A DNA stretch of 64,000 nt from NCBI GenBank assembly GCA_036504595.1, contig DASXUX010000047.1, forward strand, positions 66,662 to 130,661, written 5' to 3'. Every line of letters begins with the position of its first letter. Within the stretch, counting starts at the first letter, position 1. Origin of the DNA: Planctomycetota bacterium. Lineage in GTDB: Bacteria; Planctomycetota; SZUA-567; H5-PLA8. Below are positions 38,860 to 48,137 of this stretch, in pieces. Position numbers and translations under genes: made by a program. The notes beneath the pieces were generated by a model. That model was not told the origin of the DNA and did no database searches. It worked only from the letters and a program-made list of their open reading frames with translations.

Positions 38860-41800
38860 TCCCCGAACTGGAATTCGCCCCAGTTCTTCGGCGACATCTG
38901 CAACTCAAATACTTCGTCGCTGACCAGCCCGGTGGACTGATTGCTCCAGTATGTGCGTAGAGCCGTGTCGTTCCCGGCCTTGTTGCTGTGGGTCACGCCA
39001 ACGTCGCCGCGCAGCTTCAGTCCGGCTTTCGGAGAGAAGCCCAGCGCAGCGATGGGGATCGCAGCCTCCACCGTATATTGCCGGTTCACGTTGTCTACTT
39101 TGACTTCGATGCGCGCATCCTTGAGCACCAGCACGCTCTCCATCACGTAGTCTTTGATCACGCCGGAGTTGAACGACTTCGGGTGTTTCTCGGCGGCCAC
39201 TTTGCGATAGAGCACCGCTGTTGGCTTGCCCTGGAACGGTCCAATCGATAGACGCAGGTCGCCGAGCACCGCCTCGTTGCGGTCGGCTTTCGCGGCCGGG
39301 TCGGTGCCAAGCTGCAAGTCCACCGTGTCGCCGCGCGCGTACAGGAACTCCGGCGCATCCGCGCCGTTGACCCACGGCGTGTCGTCCTTCACTTCCCATG
39401 CGACGTACAGGCTCGCGTCGTCCCACGCCACGCCGGTGCGCACGTGCGCGGACTCCATCTTTTGATACGACACGATTGTCTTGAAGTCTTTCTCAAGGCT
39501 GCCCGTAAATTGCGGCGAAGCTTTTTGCACGGCCATGGACTTCAGACCGGTAGATTCTTGCAGATATTTTTCGCGCCAACTTTGAGCGGTCTTCGCGTCG
39601 TCGTCGCTCAGTGAGACTTTTCCGCCGGTCAGCGCGCGGATGCTCTCCAGCCCGACAACTTCCAGATTCCAGAAGCTGATGTGCCCGGCCTGCACCGAAA
39701 GCTTGCCGTCCTTCTGCTGTGTGATCGATCCGCCAAACGCTTCCTCGCCGGCGCCCGGCGGGCATGTGTCCATGCTCGCGCCCGGCACGGCTTTTTCCGG
39801 CCACACGTTCTTCATCGGGTCGCCTTCGAAAAGCTTCGTCAAATAAAAGCCCTTCTCGGTCAACACGTGCCACTCGCCTTTGTTCGTCGGGATGACCCAC
39901 AGGCTGCCGACGGGTTCAGGCAGTTTCCCGGACCCGCATATATCGTACGCGCCGCGAATCATGCCGACTTCCGGCGCGCAGGCGCGGTGCGAGCCGTGGA
40001 CGCCGGTGAAGTTGCTGGGATAAGCCCACACGCGCCGGCCGCTTTGCAGGTCGAAGCACTCCACGGTCGAATGATCTTCGCCATAACAACCGTTCCATAG
40101 CATGTAGCGGCCATCCGGGGAGCCCATCCCGTGCATCGCGCCCATCCCGCCGCGCTGCTGCGCGTTCTCCGGGCCCGCCATCTTCTTGGCTTGCGAGAAA
40201 TCGTAGATCGGCGCGCCGCAAGGCGTCCAGCCGCTCACAGTCACCTGATACAAGCTGCCATAGAAGCTCATGTCGCGCGACATGGACAGATACCAGCCCT
40301 GAATCCAGCCGCCGAGGTCGATGTCGTAAGTTTTGATTTCGTCGGGCTGTTCTTGCGCGTCGTCGTTGGCGTCCGACCAGACTTCGACCACGCGGCGTTT
40401 TTTGCCTTTCTCGGCCCCCTCTTTTTCCGTTGGGGTAAGCCGCGCGCGGAGCTTGTATTGTGCGTCGCCAAGGCGTTCGTACAGGCGGACTGTGCTGATG
40501 CCGGTGCAGCCGCCGCTGGGCGAGGTCGCCAGGAATAGTTGCCTTTTGGGTCCGAAGCCAAAAGCGACGGAGCCCATTCCTTCGCGCGTGATCGCGCCCA
40601 GGCACGCTGCTTTACCGGTCTGGGGATCGATGCGCCACTCGCAGCCCTGCCCCACCATCAGGAACGGATCGAGCGGATTGATGGCACTGCCCATTGCGCC
40701 ATACGACGACGAGCCGAAGTATTCGGCCTTGAACGCGCCCGTCTGAGCGTCCCAGACGCTCACGCGCCGCGGCGAGCCGTCGTCTTCGGCGGCCCAAAGC
40801 TGCCCCTTGCCGTCAATCGCGAGTCCGCTGATGTTGAACAAGCCATCAGGCGTCCAGGGCCCGAGCAGCGCTCGCCCGCCTTTGCGGCCGATTGTGCGCG
40901 TCAGCTTTCCATCAGGCGAAAAGACCTGAACCTGATGGCTTTCGCCGCGAATGCCGACGTAGATGTTCCCCGTTTTGTCGAGCGCCAGCGCCTGGCCCCA
41001 GTCTTTACCGGCGAGCTCCAGCTTTCCGATTTCTTTCGCCTGCCCGCTCTCGACGTTCACGCGGAGAATGTTCTTGGCCTCGGAAAGCACCACGACGTCC
41101 TGGCCGTCCAGACTTTCAAGGTCGCCGGGCTTGGTAACTTCAAGTTTCTTCTGCAAGGTTCCCGTCTTCGCGTCCACGACGCAGATCACGTTCTTTTCGT
41201 GAAAGCTGATGAAGACGCGGCCTTTTGCCGCGGCCAGAGCGGTCGGCTGCTGCGGAGCATCTTTCGCATCGCCCCACAAGTCTTTCATTGTCAGGTCGGT
41301 GCTCTTGAGCGCGCTCCATTCGGTGTAACGGCCGGTTTGGGCGTCCACGCGGTAGATGCCGCGCGTCACATACGCCCCCACGTCGTTCCACGCGTAAACG
41401 GTTGTGCCATCCGACGCCAGCGGGCCTGCCGAGGCGATGCCGCCGCGAATGTTCTTCCACTTGACGTTCCCTTGTGGATCGCAGGCCAGCAGCGGTTTGT
41501 CGCCTTCGCCGCCGCCCCAGCCGCAGTAGACGCGTTCGCCGTCCGCCGCGCACGCGATCGGATTGCCATGGTCCGCGCCCCACGCCGCTCCGCCCCATGG
41601 CGCCGCCCCGCTGTTGCCGGCCCAGCCGCGCAGTTTCAGGCCGATGCCGGTGTGGAAGATGGCTTCCCAACTGTACTCGCCGGCCGGAAGCACTTCGCCA
41701 GGTTTGCGCACGGACATTGTCGTCAGGCCGTCCCACTTCACCGTGTGCGGGCCTTTCGTGTAGAACGCGCAGGACAAAAGCTGGCGCGCGACGCTGCCAT

Positions 41801-42764
41801 CGGTTTTGAAAAGATTGAGCGATACGTAGCCGTCTTCGGGAGCGGTGAAGGTGATCGGCTTGAAGCCGTCGGGTTCGCGGCTTTTCACGACGCCGGTCCA
41901 ATCGACGACCGGCACGTTTTGTTCCAGCTTCACAGCAAACTCGCGCGCGTCCGACAGGCGCACGGGCCGCGGCGAAAGCTGTCCTTTAGCTTCAAGCGAC
42001 GCGAAGCCCCAGCAGCCACTGCCCTGGAAAGTGAAAATGCGGTCGATCGCCACGCCGGGCTTGAAGACATCTTTGATCGTCAGCCGTCCGCCGCTGCCGA
42101 CGGTGAAGTTGGGTTCGAACGTCAGCAGCATGCGCTCGCCGGCCTTGGGCTTGTAGTTGGGCTTGCAGAGCAGGTCCCAGGGCATCGCGATTTCCTGCGA
42201 GTAGCCTTTGCCGTCCGGATATTTCAGGAACGCCTGCTGCGCGCCTTTTTCCTTTGCGTCCTTCAAGCCGCTTTCGTTGAAGAGCCGGCCGTAGGCGATG
42301 TCGATCACATCCAAGCCGTCGCGGTCGCGCCAGCAGGTCAGGTGAGACGTGCGCGTCATTATTGCGTCTTTGGCGTCCCGGTCGGGGTGGACAACTTCCG
42401 GCGCCGTCACGTCCGGTGCGGTGACGACCCGGAACTGCAGGCAGTCGCCGTTGAATCCGTAATCGCCTTTCACGCTGCCACGGTTGCCCATCGGCGTGGG
42501 ATCGATCCAGCGCGCGAGAATGTAGAGATTCTTGTCGTCGTACATCGCATGCAGCCAGACCGCGAACTTGTCGCGCGCATTCTCCACGTCGCCGCAGGCG
42601 AAAACACCGCCGGACAAATCCCAGTCCGTGACTTGGCCGTCGATGACGACCGGCCCGGGCGCGTGCAGCACCTGCATGTTCAGGTGCTCGGTTTCGGTGG
42701 CTCGCGAGAAATGCGAGGCGAGCACCATCACCCAGAGCATCAGCGATTTAGCGATTGGTTTCAT
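38856..42764 (-). CDS. 1302-aa secreted protein: N- and C-terminal CBM9/DOMON-like modules, FlgD-Ig-like module, central beta-propeller
   Basis: Signal peptide MKPIAKSLMLWVMVLASHFSRA. VIDGQVTDWDL...YDDKNLYILARW and WDDASLYVAWEVKDD resemble CBM9-like modules. GYVSLNLFKTDGSVARQL...HTVKWDG resembles FlgD-Ig. Confidence 0.75.
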   Translation of the reverse strand: MKPIAKSLMLWVMVLASHFSRATETEHLNMQVLHAPGPVVIDGQVTDWDLSGGVFACGDVENARDKFAVWLHAMYDDKNLYILARWIDPTPMGNRGSVKGDYGFNGDCLQFRVVTAPDVTAPEVVHPDRDAKDAIMTRTSHLTCWRDRDGLDVIDIAYGRLFNESGLKDAKEKGAQQAFLKYPDGKGYSQEIAMPWDLLCKPNYKPKAGERMLLTFEPNFTVGSGGRLTIKDVFKPGVAIDRIFTFQGSGCWGFASLEAKGQLSPRPVRLSDAREFAVKLEQNVPVVDWTGVVKSREPDGFKPITFTAPEDGYVSLNLFKTDGSVARQLLSCAFYTKGPHTVKWDGLTTMSVRKPGEVLPAGEYSWEAIFHTGIGLKLRGWAGNSGAAPWGGAAWGADHGNPIACAADGERVYCGWGGGEGDKPLLACDPQGNVKWKNIRGGIASAGPLASDGTTVYAWNDVGAYVTRGIYRVDAQTGRYTEWSALKSTDLTMKDLWGDAKDAPQQPTALAAAKGRVFISFHEKNVICVVDAKTGTLQKKLEVTKPGDLESLDGQDVVVLSEAKNILRVNVESGQAKEIGKLELAGKDWGQALALDKTGNIYVGIRGESHQVQVFSPDGKLTRTIGRKGGRALLGPWTPDGLFNISGLAIDGKGQLWAAEDDGSPRRVSVWDAQTGAFKAEYFGSSSYGAMGSAINPLDPFLMVGQGCEWRIDPQTGKAACLGAITREGMGSVAFGFGPKRQLFLATSPSGGCTGISTVRLYERLGDAQYKLRARLTPTEKEGAEKGKKRRVVEVWSDANDDAQEQPDEIKTYDIDLGGWIQGWYLSMSRDMSFYGSLYQVTVSGWTPCGAPIYDFSQAKKMAGPENAQQRGGMGAMHGMGSPDGRYMLWNGCYGEDHSTVECFDLQSGRRVWAYPSNFTGVHGSHRACAPEVGMIRGAYDICGSGKLPEPVGSLWVIPTNKGEWHVLTEKGFYLTKLFEGDPMKNVWPEKAVPGASMDTCPPGAGEEAFGGSITQQKDGKLSVQAGHISFWNLEVVGLESIRALTGGKVSLSDDDAKTAQSWREKYLQESTGLKSMAVQKASPQFTGSLEKDFKTIVSYQKMESAHVRTGVAWDDASLYVAWEVKDDTPWVNGADAPEFLYARGDTVDLQLGTDPAAKADRNEAVLGDLRLSIGPFQGKPTAVLYRKVAAEKHPKSFNSGVIKDYVMESVLVLKDARIEVKVDNVNRQYTVEAAIPIAALGFSPKAGLKLRGDVGVTHSNKAGNDTALRTYWSNQSTGLVSDEVFELQMSPKNWGEFQFGE

Positions 42765-42779
42765 TAAACCCTCTCTTTC

Positions 42780-43898
42780 CTATCTTGTGAGCAGATCTCG
42801 TGCGTCGCGCACGCTAACCAGAACGCCGGAACTCCCGCCGTTCCTTGCGCGCGGCAATTCGTCTTCAAAACGTGGCAGCACAGGAATGCTGTCGGGCACG
42901 CGCGCTCCGGCGCGCTGTTTGTCGAGCGCATCCAGACAGAGCGCCAGCAACTCGCGCACATCGTAGCCCAGCCGCCGAATGGGCAGCACGGACGGCGTCG
43001 GCCACGGGAAATTGCAGTGCCCGACGACTTCAACATCGTCTGGCGCGCGCAGGCCCGCTGCGACGATTCCGGCTGTGGCGTACTCCACCAGGTTGTCATC
43101 GGCGATCAGCAGCGCGTTGGGCCGCTCGTTGGGATTTCCCTGCAACAGCAAATGGACGGTGTTGCGGGCCCATTCGGCGGCATATTGAGCCACCGATTGC
43201 ATCCAGTATGGCTTGTGAATCATGCCGCGGCGCGCGGCTTCTTGTTGAAAGAAATTGACCAGTTGCGGCGCGTGGCCCGGCGCCATGATGGCGGCGACAC
43301 GCCGCCTGCCTTTTGCGGCGAAATGATCGAGCGCTCGGCGGACGAGCGCCTGGCCATCGAGCGTGACGACGGGAATGCCAAATTCTTTTCTGTCGTGAAC
43401 GGCGACGCGCGGAAGGTTCGGTAGGTCCAGCACCGGCGTGCCGGCGAGGCGGTAGGCCGAGGTCGGGAAGATCAGACCGGCGAGAGAATGCCGGCGCACC
43501 GCCGCTTCCAGCCGCGGGTACTCTTCCGATTGCGCGCCTTTATCGAGCCCGTGAAACAGAATGAACCGGCGCGAGGAGTTCTTCTGCAGGCGCGCCGCTT
43601 CGTTGCTCAAAGCAGTCCAGTAGCGGACCCAACGGTCTTCCTGCGATGGGAAGTACTGAAAGATGATCGCGTACTGGCAGAGGTGCGGCGGCAGAGCGCT
43701 GACGAACGTTCCATTCCGGCCGTCCGCGTACACGAAACCTTCGCTTTCGAGCGCCTCCAATGCGCGCTGCACCGTTACCAGGCTTGCGCGATAGCGGTCG
43801 CACATCTCGCGGCGGGTCGGCATGCGCTTTCCCGGGCCGAACTTCCCTGCCGCGATCTGGTTCCGCAGCAACGTCGAGAGGTCTTCGCACTTCACCAT
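42780..43898 (-). CDS. transcriptional regulator: GntR-type winged HTH fused to a LacI/PBP1-like sugar-binding domain
   Basis: PTRREMCDRYRASLVTVQRALEALESEGFVYADGRNGTFV, followed by a periplasmic-binding-protein-like fold sequence. Confidence 0.8.
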   Translation of the reverse strand: MVKCEDLSTLLRNQIAAGKFGPGKRMPTRREMCDRYRASLVTVQRALEALESEGFVYADGRNGTFVSALPPHLCQYAIIFQYFPSQEDRWVRYWTALSNEAARLQKNSSRRFILFHGLDKGAQSEEYPRLEAAVRRHSLAGLIFPTSAYRLAGTPVLDLPNLPRVAVHDRKEFGIPVVTLDGQALVRRALDHFAAKGRRRVAAIMAPGHAPQLVNFFQQEAARRGMIHKPYWMQSVAQYAAEWARNTVHLLLQGNPNERPNALLIADDNLVEYATAGIVAAGLRAPDDVEVVGHCNFPWPTPSVLPIRRLGYDVRELLALCLDALDKQRAGARVPDSIPVLPRFEDELPRARNGGSSGVLVSVRDARDLLTR

Positions 43899-43912
43899 TC
43901 AGTGTTCCGCCT

Positions 43913-43950
43913 TTGTTATATCTGTACACTCTATGTTATAGAACATTAAA
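43913..43950. promoter_or_regulatory. AT-rich divergent promoter region with TGTTATA direct repeat and ATGTT-ATAG-AACAT palindrome (candidate operator)
   Basis: TGTTATA at 43914 and 43934, and palindrome at 43933-43946. Located 15-50 nt upstream of the regulator ATG. Confidence 0.35.
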
Positions 43951-44111
43951 CAAATCTGGAAAAAAAAGAGTCTGTCGTGCTTGTCCGGTGGGATGGCGCG
44001 TTATGTTCGCAAGTACGGCAGAAGCCGGTGGATGAACTGGGGCCACTAGACCAAGCGCTTCGCCGCGGGCGCGGTGTACCTCAAGAGAAGTGAATCTCTG
44101 GAGAACTGTTT

Positions 44112-45452
44112 ATGACGACGCCCGACACCGCTGCTTCCGGCAGTCAAGGCGAGCGGCTTGAACAAGGCGCCGGTCCGGAGCTGGGCTCGTTCGAGTCGCC
44201 GGCAGATTATCAGTTCGAGGAGGAACTTCGCTCCAGGCCGCCGCGGGTTGTGCCGGCGGAACTGAGCAAGGGCCGCTTTGGCACAAAACGCCGGCGAGCA
44301 GTTTGGGCCGCGATGGCTGTGGGGCTGCTGTGTCTGGCGTTTGCGCAGATTCCCGTCATCCACTACTGGGCGCTGTTCCTTTTGCCGCTCGATTATCTTT
44401 CCTGGATCGGGCTGGCATGCGTGGCGATAGGCGCTGTCGCCTTTATCCAAAACCGAGTGGCACGCGGTCCGTACCGCTACGTAGAGGATGGAATCCCCAT
44501 TGTTGCTCGCATATGCGAGCTCACACTGACGCCCACTCTGATCATGGATGGGCAGCCCAGCACGTATCGTTTTGCTGCGACGATCCAATACCGAGACCCG
44601 CGCTCCGGGCAGATCGCCATAGCGCAAACCATGTCGGAGGAGTTTTCTAGCGATGCCAAGGATTCTCTGACGACGTCGTTTCGCGTGGGGGATCACGTCA
44701 CGGCTGTTTATCTGGAGCCGGACTTGGCGGCAACGCTTCGTCTCTATGGATTCCTGGATTTGAGGCCCAACCTGGGGCTCATTTCCCGAAAGCAGGAGTG
44801 CCCTGGCGGAGTTCTGCAACTGTGCGCTGGCATCGCGGGAATTTTTGCGCTCTTCTTCATTCTGGCGTGGAATGTCTATGCGTTCAGCGCGTATCAACCT
44901 CTCGCCATGCCGGTATCACACAGCGTAATCGCCTTCGTCATCGGAGCTGCGCTCCTGGGTGGAGCGCTCTTGGGTTTCTTCGCGTACTCCTATTTATCTG
45001 CGCGGCGGGAATTAGCGAAACGGAACGCGGAGGCGCAGACGACTGGGGAAGCCCTGCTCATCGAGCCGGCGGGCCGGCGGTTTTTCGGCTATCACGGGAA
45101 GTTCATGAGCGCTGTGATATTGGCCGGTTCACTGTTGCTGGGCGGCATTACCTTTTTGTGCTGGACGTATTCGGCCAACGCGCTGCTGGACAGTTCGCCG
45201 CCCAAGTACCAGCCGGTGACGATCGACAAGATGGTTCAAGTCACGCACTCGTTCCTGTTTCGGGAATATAAGATTGAGTATCGCACGGCAGATGGCGAGA
45301 AGCACACGCTGCTCTCCAGTCCGAAATACATGGTCTTTCTTCGGCGCGGCCCTGCCACGGCCGAGGTCCATCGTGGGCGGTTTGGCTGGCCTTGGGTGCG
45401 GATCATTTTGCCGCCGCTGATTATCAAGGACGCGGAAGAGCAGAAGTTGTGA
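44112..45452 (+). CDS. polytopic membrane protein with two TM-pair plus beta-rich modules (DUF3592-like?), hypothetical
   Basis: Long ORF with about 6 hydrophobic helices. The family assignment is tentative. Confidence 0.6.
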   Translation: MTTPDTAASGSQGERLEQGAGPELGSFESPADYQFEEELRSRPPRVVPAELSKGRFGTKRRRAVWAAMAVGLLCLAFAQIPVIHYWALFLLPLDYLSWIGLACVAIGAVAFIQNRVARGPYRYVEDGIPIVARICELTLTPTLIMDGQPSTYRFAATIQYRDPRSGQIAIAQTMSEEFSSDAKDSLTTSFRVGDHVTAVYLEPDLAATLRLYGFLDLRPNLGLISRKQECPGGVLQLCAGIAGIFALFFILAWNVYAFSAYQPLAMPVSHSVIAFVIGAALLGGALLGFFAYSYLSARRELAKRNAEAQTTGEALLIEPAGRRFFGYHGKFMSAVILAGSLLLGGITFLCWTYSANALLDSSPPKYQPVTIDKMVQVTHSFLFREYKIEYRTADGEKHTLLSSPKYMVFLRRGPATAEVHRGRFGWPWVRIILPPLIIKDAEEQKL

Positions 45453-45606
45453 CGCGGACGCGACAGAAGATGAGAGTCGCAAACACCCAAACAAGCGCCA
45501 AAATGCGCGCAGTAAAAACGGGAAAGCACCGTCATTATTGTAGCGCTCTCTGAAGCGCTGGGGTGGGTATTGCCTGGCGCGCTGCACACGTGCAACGAGC
45601 GCGATA

Positions 45607-45640
45607 GTGCACTTGTGCACTTTTGGACAGAAGAATAGCG
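45607..45640. repeat. solo copy of the GTGCAC-TT-GTGCAC / GGACAGAAGAA module
   Basis: gtgcacttgtgcacttttggacagaagaatagcggcag. Compare 19341-19370. Confidence 0.65.
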
Positions 45641-45669
45641 GCAGTTGCAGCACCATTTGAGGGACACAG

Positions 45670-46998
45670 ATGAGTTTACGGTCAAGGGTTTCGAGTATCG
45701 TTGTCTGCATGGTGGCACTCAGCGCCCCGCATCTGCTGGCTGGCTCCGCGCCAGGTGAGCTCGATCCAGCGCTGTATCCGCGGCGGCTGGGCGAACTCAA
45801 GGCGATGATGCAAGTGCTCGCGCCGGAGAAGAATGCCAGCGTCGAGAATATGTACATTCAGCGGCTGAAGCAATTTCGCTACGTCTGCGGGGTGCCGTTT
45901 GAAGACATTCAGTGGGACAGCAAGCTCTACGCGCTGGCGCAGCACGCCGCGTCGATTTGCGCCAAGCTTGGCAAGCTGACGCACACGCCCGAGCGGCCCG
46001 CGGGCATGAGCGACGAGGAATACGAACTGGGGAAGACCGGCGCGGGAAAGAGCAACCTTTATCAGGGGAAAGTGCATCCGATTGGCTGCGTCGACGGCTG
46101 GATGGATGATTCCGATCAGCACAACATCGACCGCGTCGGCCACCGCCGCTGGTGCATCAATCCCACGATGGTGAAGACGGCTTTTGGGTCGGAAGGCGGC
46201 TTCGCCGCAATGCACGCACACGACACGTCGCGATCAAATGTGCCCGATTGGGATTTTGTCTGCTATCCCGCTCGCGGCTACATGCCGATCGAGTTGTTCG
46301 GCAATAAGCACGCTTGGAGCGTCTCGCCGAACATGAACAAATATGCGACTCCGAACAAAGACAGCATTCAGGTGTCGATCAAACCGGCAAACGCGAAGTT
46401 GGAGCCGGAAGGTGCGGCGCTGAGCCTGAACTACTTCAACGTGGAGAACAGCGGCTTTGGCAGTGGCACGGCGATCATCTTCCGCCCGGAAACCATGGCG
46501 ATCGCGGGCGAAGGCAAGTACATTGTCGAGATCAACGGGCTGAAGACGAAAAAGGGCGAGGCCGCGCCGATCCGCTATCTTGTCCATTTCGTGAACGTGC
46601 AGAAAGCCGCCGACACTGCTGACGGCAAGCTGATCTACACGGCCTATTATGAGAAACGGCTGAAGGCGGCGCAGGCGCAGCCAACGAAGGTCGATCAACT
46701 CGACGCGCTGACCGCTCTGCTCGAAGAGAAATTCCTGGCCGGCGCTGATCCGAGCGTCGGAATGGCTGCGAACAGTGCGCTTAAGGAACTGCTGAAGGAT
46801 CCGGCGGTGCGCAAGGAACAAGAAACGGCGCAGCGCTACAAGAGTGTCGCGGAGTACGAGCGCAAAGCCGGGAAGAACAAGAACCAACTGGTCCAGGCCG
46901 CGCTTGGCTATCGCGACCTTTCCGCCGCGTATAAGGAAACCCGCGCCGGACAGAAGGCGGCGGACGACTTTGAGCGGCTGAAGAAAACAGTGCAGTAA
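45670..46998 (+). CDS. secreted CAP/SCP (cysteine-rich secretory protein-like) domain protein with helical C-terminal half
   Basis: Signal peptide MSLRSRVSSIVVCMVALSAPHLLAG. LKQFRYVCGVP...AQHAASICAKLGKLTH...GHRRWCINP is CAP-like from memory. Confidence 0.65.
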   Translation: MSLRSRVSSIVVCMVALSAPHLLAGSAPGELDPALYPRRLGELKAMMQVLAPEKNASVENMYIQRLKQFRYVCGVPFEDIQWDSKLYALAQHAASICAKLGKLTHTPERPAGMSDEEYELGKTGAGKSNLYQGKVHPIGCVDGWMDDSDQHNIDRVGHRRWCINPTMVKTAFGSEGGFAAMHAHDTSRSNVPDWDFVCYPARGYMPIELFGNKHAWSVSPNMNKYATPNKDSIQVSIKPANAKLEPEGAALSLNYFNVENSGFGSGTAIIFRPETMAIAGEGKYIVEINGLKTKKGEAAPIRYLVHFVNVQKAADTADGKLIYTAYYEKRLKAAQAQPTKVDQLDALTALLEEKFLAGADPSVGMAANSALKELLKDPAVRKEQETAQRYKSVAEYERKAGKNKNQLVQAALGYRDLSAAYKETRAGQKAADDFERLKKTVQ

Positions 46999-47154
46999 CA
47001 ACTTACCGAAAAACTAGAAACTCATTCTTTTCCTGCATTTATTTCACGCGCTCCGCGTCCTAACTCGCGGGAGGCGCCTCCTCATCGACAGTCCTGAGCA
47101 ACCGGCGGCTTGAAAGCCAGTCGGTGTGCTCGGGCGTGGAGAGGAGGTGCCAAG

Positions 47155-47547
47155 ATGCACGCACACATTTCAGGCGGCGTAGCACAGAAGGCCATCGTCG
47201 TGCTATTGCTCGTTGCCATCGGCTGCGGACTGCTGCGCGGGAGAGTTGGCGCCGCGACGCCCGTGGCGGCCGCTCCGAGCTACATTTCCTGCACGGTGAA
47301 AGCGGCCAGCAACAGCAAGTTCTTTCTGACGGACACCACGAAGCAGGTCATCTGCGTCTATTCGCTGCAAGGCGATCAAGTGCGGCTGGTCAGCGCGCGA
47401 GCGTTCGACCATGACCGCCGCTTGGTGGATGCGAGCGTGCCGACCGGTATGACGCGCGAGCAGGCGGCGCAGCACGTGAAGAGTTCGCAGCCTGCGCTCG
47501 ATGCGCTGGAAAAAAAGCACGGCGTCAAAATTCTGAGAGGAGAATAG
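47155..47547 (+). CDS. small secreted or anchored hypothetical protein, paralog A
   Basis: GGAGAGGAGG lies 8 nt before ATG 47155. N-terminal TM AIVVLLLVAIGCGLL. Core FLTDTTKQVICVYSLQGDQVRLVSARAFDHD. Confidence 0.55.
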   Translation: MHAHISGGVAQKAIVVLLLVAIGCGLLRGRVGAATPVAAAPSYISCTVKAASNSKFFLTDTTKQVICVYSLQGDQVRLVSARAFDHDRRLVDASVPTGMTREQAAQHVKSSQPALDALEKKHGVKILRGE

Positions 47548-47548
47548 C

Positions 47549-47911
47549 ATGGAACGAAAAAGCGCAGGGATGCAAAACGTCCTGATCGCCGTGCTGGCGT
47601 TGACGGCGCTGCTGGTCTGGCAGCGACCGGATCCGGTGCAGGCCGTCGGCGGCGGAAGTTGGGACACGGATGGCATGATGGTCAACACGACGGAGAACGA
47701 AGCCGAGCGCCTCGTGCTGGTCGATACGACCGCAAAAACAATCATGGTCTACAGAACCGAAGGCGTGGGGCAATTCCGTCTTGTCGCGGCGCGCTCGTAC
47801 CAGTTCGACGTGCTGCTGAAAGACACCTCAAAAAATGACGAGATCGAGCGCCGCAACGGAATCACATTTATGCAGGCCTTTGAGCTATATGCAAAACGGA
47901 ATGCACCTTGA
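47549..47911 (+). CDS. small secreted or anchored hypothetical protein, paralog B
   Basis: Starts 1 nt after the paralog A stop. TM VLIAVLALTALLVW. Core LVLVDTTAKTIMVYRTEGVGQFRLVAARSYQFD aligns with paralog A. Confidence 0.55.
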   Translation: MERKSAGMQNVLIAVLALTALLVWQRPDPVQAVGGGSWDTDGMMVNTTENEAERLVLVDTTAKTIMVYRTEGVGQFRLVAARSYQFDVLLKDTSKNDEIERRNGITFMQAFELYAKRNAP

Positions 47912-48137
47912 GTGAGAACGAAGCCGGCCGCAGCGGTAGAAAGCGGCAACGGTACGAAACCTTAAAGGTCTCTCTGGAAATCTCCGGCGAATGTGTTATA
48001 TAAGAAGAGCCGGAATGTGGGGGCCTTCCAAAAGCGGGGGCCTCTTTCTTTTTGCCAGCGGAAAAGATCAGCGGCTTAGGCGGGCCTTCGTGCCCGCCTC
48101 TTGGCTGTGCAGAGACGAAGGGTAGGGCGGGTTAGAC

